From: Methanocella sp.
Lineage (GTDB): Archaea; Thermoproteota; Bathyarchaeia; Bathyarchaeales; Bathycorpusculaceae
Direction of reading: 5' to 3'
DNA length: 64,000 nt
NCBI GenBank assembly: GCA_050261115.1
Contig: JBLNCY010000057.1
Coordinates: forward strand, 32,001-96,000
Shown: positions 58,946 through 64,000 of the stretch, one piece after another
How the letters are laid out: the number at the start of each line of letters is the position of its first letter
Numbering within the stretch: the first letter of the stretch is position 1
Made by a program: the position numbers and the translations under genes
Notes under the pieces: generated by a model
What the model saw: the letters and a program-made list of their open reading frames with translations, nothing else
Database searches by the model: none
Told to the model about the DNA's origin: nothing

Positions 58946-60211
58946 TTGGAGACACAAAAGTTGGCACACCAAGAATGCATAAACTGCAAAACAACCTACA
59001 GCATAGACGAAATTGTTTACTTCTGCAGAAAATGCGGAGACATCCTAGAAATCAAATATGACCCCCAAGAGCTTGCGGAGGCGGCAAAGACTAGCGACTG
59101 GAAGACCAAGCCGCTCTCTGTCTGGCGCTACCGCCCCTTTATGCCAATCCATGACAGCACCAAACTCGTCACTTTAGGCGAAGGCGGCACAGGCCTACAC
59201 CACTCAATCCACCTAGGCAAAGAGTTAGGCGTCACAAACCTCTACGTAAAAAATGAAGGCGAAAACCCCACAGGCAGCTTTAAAGACCGAGGCATGACCG
59301 TTGGCGTAACCAAAGCCGTTGAACTCGGCGTCCGCCATGTAATCTGTGCATCCACAGGTAACACGAGTGCAGCCCTCGCAGCCTACGCAGCACGCGCCGG
59401 CACAAAATGTACCGTACTGATTCCCTCAGGCAAAATCGCCTACGGTAAACTCAGCCAAGCCATGATTCATGGCGCTAAAGTACTGCAGGTGCGCGGAAAC
59501 TTTGACGAAGCTCTAGAATTCGTGCTCAAGCTGGGCGAAACGCATAGAGACATTTACTTGCTTAACTCGATTAACCCCTTCCGTATCGAAGGCCAAAAAT
59601 CCCTCGGATACGAAATCTGTGAGCAACTAAACTATGATGCTCCAGACCGCATAATTATCCCAGTCGGCAACGCAGGCAACATCAGCGCCGTCTGGAAAGG
59701 CCTCAAAGAATTCTACGAACTAGGCCTAATCAAAAAACTCCCAAAAATGACCGGTATCCAAGCAGCGGGGTCTGCTCCCATCGCGCAAGCCATCAAAGTC
59801 AACAGTGAAAAAATCGTCCCCGTCGAACATCCCGAAACCATCGCGACCGCCATCCGCATCGGCGCACCCGTAAGCTGGAAAAAAGCCGTCAACGCCATCC
59901 GCGAATCAGGCGGCACAGCCGAGACAGTAACAGATGACGAAATCCTTGACGCCCAAAAAACATTAGCACAAACCGAGGGTATCTTTGTGGAGCCTGCATC
60001 TGCCTCGTCACTGGCAGGCCTCAAAAAACTAGTCAATAACGGAACCATACAGCGAGATGAGCGTGTCGTCTGCATCACTACAGGTCACGGCCTAAAAGAT
60101 CCAGACACCGCCATCAAACAATGCGAAAAACCCATCGAGGTAGACGCACAAATCGAAGCAATCGAGGCGGCTCTTGGCCTAAAAAAGAGCATAATTGCCC
60201 CTGCAAGGTAG
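58946..60211 (+). CDS. thrC: Threonine synthase
   Basis: N-terminal CxxC..CxxC, LGEGGT, NPTGSFKDRG, ASTGNTSA, PVGNAGN, EPASA, TGHGLKD. Confidence 0.96.
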   Translation: METQKLAHQECINCKTTYSIDEIVYFCRKCGDILEIKYDPQELAEAAKTSDWKTKPLSVWRYRPFMPIHDSTKLVTLGEGGTGLHHSIHLGKELGVTNLYVKNEGENPTGSFKDRGMTVGVTKAVELGVRHVICASTGNTSAALAAYAARAGTKCTVLIPSGKIAYGKLSQAMIHGAKVLQVRGNFDEALEFVLKLGETHRDIYLLNSINPFRIEGQKSLGYEICEQLNYDAPDRIIIPVGNAGNISAVWKGLKEFYELGLIKKLPKMTGIQAAGSAPIAQAIKVNSEKIVPVEHPETIATAIRIGAPVSWKKAVNAIRESGGTAETVTDDEILDAQKTLAQTEGIFVEPASASSLAGLKKLVNNGTIQRDERVVCITTGHGLKDPDTAIKQCEKPIEVDAQIEAIEAALGLKKSIIAPAR

Positions 60212-60217
60212 ATAGAC

Positions 60218-61246
60218 ATGAGAATAATACTGATTGGTTATGGAGTAGTCGGAAAAGGCGTAACAACAATTCTAACACGCCGATATGCCCAACAAATCAA
60301 AGACGGCTTTAACCCCAAAATCGTCGCCATAGCCGACATAGACGGCGCAATCATAAACCCCCGTGGATTGAGCCCCGAGAAACTAGAAGAAATCAAGCAG
60401 CGTGGCTACCCGATTTCTGCCGATAAAGACTTTGGTGTTCAAGGCATCAAAGCGCTTGATGTCATCAAAGAGGTTGAGGCAGAAGTCGTCGTCGAAGTCA
60501 CCCCCGTAAACATTCAAACCGCAGAACCCGCCCTCTCCCACATCACAACCGCCTTCAAAACAGGCAAACACGTCGTCACCACCAACAAAGGCCCCCTAGC
60601 ACTTGCCATGCCCGCCCTAACCGAACTAGCTGAATACAATAATGTGTATTTCCGCTTCAGTGGCACAGTCGGCGGCGGAACCCCGATGCTTGAATTCGCC
60701 AAACGCTGTCTGGCGGGCGATCGAATCTTGGGCATAAAGGGTATCCTAAACGGCACAACCAACTACATCCTAACCGAGATGGCGCAGAACCGCGTCTCCT
60801 TCCAAGACGCTCTATCTCAAGCACAAAAACTTGGATACGCAGAACGCGAGCCCTCCATGGATATCGACGGGTTTGATACATCATGCAAGACAGTTATTCT
60901 TGCTAACTGGATACTAAACCAGAAAGTCACCCTCAAAGACGTGGACCGCACAGGCATCCGCTACGTAACCCTCCAAGACCTTGATGAAGCAGCCAAACGG
61001 GGCAACACCATCAAACTCATAGGTTCAGTGGATGACAAGAGCAAGCCTACAGTCAAACCCATGGAGGTCCCAAAGACCAGCCCTATGTGTGTTAGCGGCG
61101 TTCTTAACGCAGTGACTTATCAATGTGAGTTCGCCGCTGAGCAGACAATCATCGGTCGGGGTGCCGGTTCGATTGAGACGGCAGGTGCAGTTTTAAGAGA
61201 CCTCTTAGACATAAGACATAAGTTAGCATCTAGACTACTAACGTAG
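60218..61246 (+). CDS. hom: Homoserine dehydrogenase
   Basis: GYGVVG, HVVTTNKGP, TVGGGTP, GILNGTTNYIL, GYAE..P..DIDG.D, GRGAG..ETA. Confidence 0.96.
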   Translation: MRIILIGYGVVGKGVTTILTRRYAQQIKDGFNPKIVAIADIDGAIINPRGLSPEKLEEIKQRGYPISADKDFGVQGIKALDVIKEVEAEVVVEVTPVNIQTAEPALSHITTAFKTGKHVVTTNKGPLALAMPALTELAEYNNVYFRFSGTVGGGTPMLEFAKRCLAGDRILGIKGILNGTTNYILTEMAQNRVSFQDALSQAQKLGYAEREPSMDIDGFDTSCKTVILANWILNQKVTLKDVDRTGIRYVTLQDLDEAAKRGNTIKLIGSVDDKSKPTVKPMEVPKTSPMCVSGVLNAVTYQCEFAAEQTIIGRGAGSIETAGAVLRDLLDIRHKLASRLLT

Positions 61247-61265
61247 AGAAAGGCGAAAAGAAATC

Positions 61266-62672
61266 ATGAAAATTGTTATGAAGTTCGGTGGAACCAGCGT
61301 AGGCACAGGCGAGAACATACGCCACGTGGCCGACTTAGTTGCACAGTACAGCAAAGAACACAAAATCGCCGTCGTCGTCTCGGCACTTGCAGGCGTCACT
61401 AACAGCCTAATCGAAACCGGCTGCAAGGCACAGAAAAGCGACCAAAAAAACATCGAAGCATTCACCTCTAGCCTGCTAAAGAAGCACACAGACGCCATAG
61501 CCACGGCGATTACAAGTAAAAGCATCCAAAAAGAAGTAACCGAAATAACACAAAAAAGCATCGCCGAACTAGAAAAAGTCCTAACAGGCATCTGCTATGT
61601 GGGCGAATTAACCCCGAAATCAAAAGACTACGTAATGTCGTTTGGCGAACGCCTCTCTGCACCAATAGTTTGGGGAGCAATCAAAGACCACAACATACAG
61701 AGCCAATTCTTCACCGGCAAAGAATCAGGCATAGTTACCGACTCCAACTTTGGCGAAGCAGAACCCCTCATGAACTACACAACCCACCTACTACGTGAAC
61801 GATTGGAGCCTTTGATGGAGCAAGGCACTATCCCAGTTGTCACAGGCTTCATAGCCGCAAACCAAGACGGCATCGTAACCACCGTCGGCCGCGGAGGCAG
61901 CGACTACACAGCCACCATACTCGGCGTAGCCCTAAAAGCCGACGAGGTATGGATATGGACAGACGTAGACGGCATCATGACCACCGATCCCAAACTTGTC
62001 CCAGCTGCACGCATGCTACCCCAACTAAGCTATCAAGAGGCAGCCGAAATGGCTATCTTCGGCGCCAAAGCCATGCATCCACGAGCTCTCGGCCCAGTAT
62101 CTAAAGAAAACATACCTGTGCGCATAAGAAACACCCAAAACCCATCCAATATGGGCACACTAATCACAAAGGCGCCGGCGGCTAACGAGACTAAACCCGT
62201 AAAGGCAGTTGCCATGATTAAAGACGTCGGTATGCTAAACGTCTATGGCGCTGGCATGGTGGGTGCGCCGGGTAGCTATGCAAAGGTCTTTGATGTGCTT
62301 GGCAGAAATAACATAAACGTCATGATGATTTCCGCCGCTGCATCCGAAGCCAACATATCCATGATAGTGAAACGCTCAGTGCTGGGCAGAGCCGTAAGCA
62401 ATATCGAAATCGCATTGCAGGAAAGAGGCGGCATAGTCAGTGAAGTCACAACCGAAGATGACGTTGCAGTTATCGCGGTTATGGGTGCTCACATGAAAGG
62501 TACGCTGGGTGTGGCGTCGAAAATCTTTAGCATCGTAGCCAAGATGGGTATAAACATCCGCATGATCGCACAAGGCAGCTCCGAACTCAACATCAGCTTT
62601 GTTGTGAAGGAGAAGGATGGCGCTGCCGTCGTTAGAGCAATCCATGAAGAGTTTAACCTCGACAAAGCCTAA
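61266..62672 (+). CDS. lysC: Aspartate kinase (with ACT domains)
   Basis: VMKFGGTSV, VVVSA, GRGGSDYTA, WTDVDGI.T.DP, GAK.MHP, QGSSE.NIS. Confidence 0.95.
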   Translation: MKIVMKFGGTSVGTGENIRHVADLVAQYSKEHKIAVVVSALAGVTNSLIETGCKAQKSDQKNIEAFTSSLLKKHTDAIATAITSKSIQKEVTEITQKSIAELEKVLTGICYVGELTPKSKDYVMSFGERLSAPIVWGAIKDHNIQSQFFTGKESGIVTDSNFGEAEPLMNYTTHLLRERLEPLMEQGTIPVVTGFIAANQDGIVTTVGRGGSDYTATILGVALKADEVWIWTDVDGIMTTDPKLVPAARMLPQLSYQEAAEMAIFGAKAMHPRALGPVSKENIPVRIRNTQNPSNMGTLITKAPAANETKPVKAVAMIKDVGMLNVYGAGMVGAPGSYAKVFDVLGRNNINVMMISAAASEANISMIVKRSVLGRAVSNIEIALQERGGIVSEVTTEDDVAVIAVMGAHMKGTLGVASKIFSIVAKMGINIRMIAQGSSELNISFVVKEKDGAAVVRAIHEEFNLDKA

Positions 62673-62772
62673 CTTTTCCATTTTTGTTTCTGTGTGCTTG
62701 CAGGCACAACTATTTTTATTTCTTGAATATCTGAACCCTTTAGTTTTAGCAGTAGAATACTGGGAGTTATGA

Positions 62773-63255
62773 ATGCGTAACTTACTTCGTAACCGGAAAG
62801 GCTCTGGGAAGATTATTGCTTTAGTTCTCATCATAATCGTTGTCTTTGCGTTGGTGAGTTTGGCTATCTACTATTATTATGCGTACAATAACCTGACTTT
62901 CAATTTAAACCAAGTTAGGTTAGGCGAGGTAAGCTCGAATTCTCTAACGCTAAATGTCCAGATCGCCATTAACAACACGTATCTGCTACCAGTTTACATC
63001 CCAAGCGGCAGCTTCACGCTGTACCTTAATGATCAACGGCTGGGAACGGGCACGTTTAACTCGATAACAGTCGGAGGAAACAATCAAGGCATAGTTACAG
63101 TGCCAGTTACAATTAATGCTGCTGACGTTCCGTCTGCTGCTTTCGGTGTGCCAACAGGCGGCGGCACGGTGACTTTAACTGTTCAGGGCTCGGCTAATCT
63201 GGTGGTGTTTAGTGTACCATTCAATGCTACTCTCTACAATGCACAATTAACTTAG
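62773..63255 (+). CDS. Membrane-anchored LEA_2/WHy-domain-like protein
   Basis: N-terminal TM, then beta-sandwich pattern L.V.I.INN...P.YIP...F.LYLN...LG.G. Confidence 0.7.
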   Translation: MRNLLRNRKGSGKIIALVLIIIVVFALVSLAIYYYYAYNNLTFNLNQVRLGEVSSNSLTLNVQIAINNTYLLPVYIPSGSFTLYLNDQRLGTGTFNSITVGGNNQGIVTVPVTINAADVPSAAFGVPTGGGTVTLTVQGSANLVVFSVPFNATLYNAQLT

Positions 63256-63363
63256 GCAACTGCCCAGCAGCCGTAAGTATCCTCTATGATGTATCTGAAA
63301 AAGATTACTTGTCCACTGAAGACTTGCTGTTTTGGGTGACGTAGTGGTAATTCGGCTGCTGTT

Positions 63364-63420
63364 CTGTTGCTTTGCCGAGCTACCCTTCCCTTATATATAG
63401 AACCAACCAAGGGTTGAACC
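63364..63420 (+). repeat. Dispersed intergenic element, copy 7
   Basis: CTGTTGCTTTGCCGAGCTACCCTTCCCTTATATATAGAACCAACCAAGGGTTGAACC. Confidence 0.93.
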
Positions 63421-63532
63421 TGTGCTTGGTAAAAATCGTGAGGAAAGAATACCTATGGCGCGGGGTGTTTAGTTATTGGTCATCTTGGAAGCTATAGTCC
63501 AAAAAATTGAAATAAAGAAAAGAGTGAACCGC

Positions 63533-64000
63533 TCAGTTTGCGGTTACTGTTATATCGTCGATGTAGTAGGTCATCTCTGTTTCCCAAACAGCCGAGATGC
63601 CTAATGCTACTTTGACGTTGCCTGACTCGTCAGTTTTCACCTCTGCGGAGTAACTGTAGCTCTTCCAGCCCTCTGCTTGGTTTGCCGCACCTATTACCTG
63701 GAAGTCGCCTTCGGATGCGGCGTTCTTGGTACCGATGTAGGCGACTACATTTGCTAGAGTGTTGAAGCTCTCACTGTTGCTCCATAATTGGAATGTTACA
63801 GTCACATCTCTTGTAGTGTTTGGGGTCAATGCAAGATTGCGTGTTAGCCAGATGGTTCCGTCGTCCTGACTGCCGTCAATGTAGAACTGCGCTGACCTGT
63901 TACCAGCGAAAGATTGGTTTGAGACGACGTTGATTGTCCAGTTAACGGTTTGTCCGGGGTGGTTTGGGTCTGCTGGTACGTCTGCGCCAGTCACCCAGTC
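63533..64000 (-). CDS. Hypothetical extracellular beta-sandwich (carbohydrate-binding-like) protein, 5' end outside the window
   Basis: Open frame to the window edge; G..SA.F.IDG..DDGTIW..GW..Y..YYIDDI. Confidence 0.65.
   Translation of the reverse strand, partial: DWVTGADVPADPNHPGQTVNWTINVVSNQSFAGNRSAQFYIDGSQDDGTIWLTRNLALTPNTTRDVTVTFQLWSNSESFNTLANVVAYIGTKNAASEGDFQVIGAANQAEGWKSYSYSAEVKTDESGNVKVALGISAVWETEMTYYIDDITVTAN

Noticed and set aside
122-62834. Numerous 60-170 aa ORFs nested in or antisense to confident genes
   Set aside because: They lack motifs and are explained by the codon structure of the real genes.
62773-62860. Class III (archaeal pilin) signal peptide at RNRKG|SGK
   Set aside because: The residues after KG (S-G-K) do not fit the usual hydrophobic +1/+2 pattern; the downstream domain looks LEA_2-like and no pilus genes are nearby.
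8131-63420. Dispersed element as a CRISPR array or ORB replication origin
   Set aside because: Copies are kilobases apart with no spacer periodicity and no cas genes. It has a G-string but lacks the TCCA..GAAA ORB core, is not clustered, and no cdc6/orc1 is present.

Overview
Chromosomal segment of an archaeon, most likely Bathyarchaeia (TACK). This is inferred from gene content: eukaryote-like TopoIB, PolB1, Ftr, archaeal PEP carboxylase, SMC-ScpAB and a DUF3227/NitrOD5-like relic. The window is mostly housekeeping: sua5, aRF1, ftr, a serine operon, the proteasome/exosome operon, the S13-S4-S11-RpoD-L18e-L13-S9-RpoN operon, smc-scpA-scpB, ahbABCD and thrC-hom-aspartokinase. It also holds a glycosyltransferase/GH130/metal-storage cluster and several small or decayed genes missing from the ORF track. 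I found no rRNA, tRNA, CRISPR array or transposase. The main unexplained signal is a ~57-bp dispersed intergenic element (CTGTTGCTTTGCCGA..ACCCCCTCCCTTATATATAGAACCAACCA.GGGTT.AAC) with 7 clear and 2 degenerate copies, which tends to occur as inward-pointing inverted pairs around housekeeping blocks. Other leads: a GT4/alpha-barrel gene pair that needs a -1 frameshift or an ATC start, an intact but catalytically dead P-type ATPase, an unannotated C2H2 zinc-finger microprotein, and patchwise CA/GT strand skew. All product calls come from motif recognition by eye, not from database searches.
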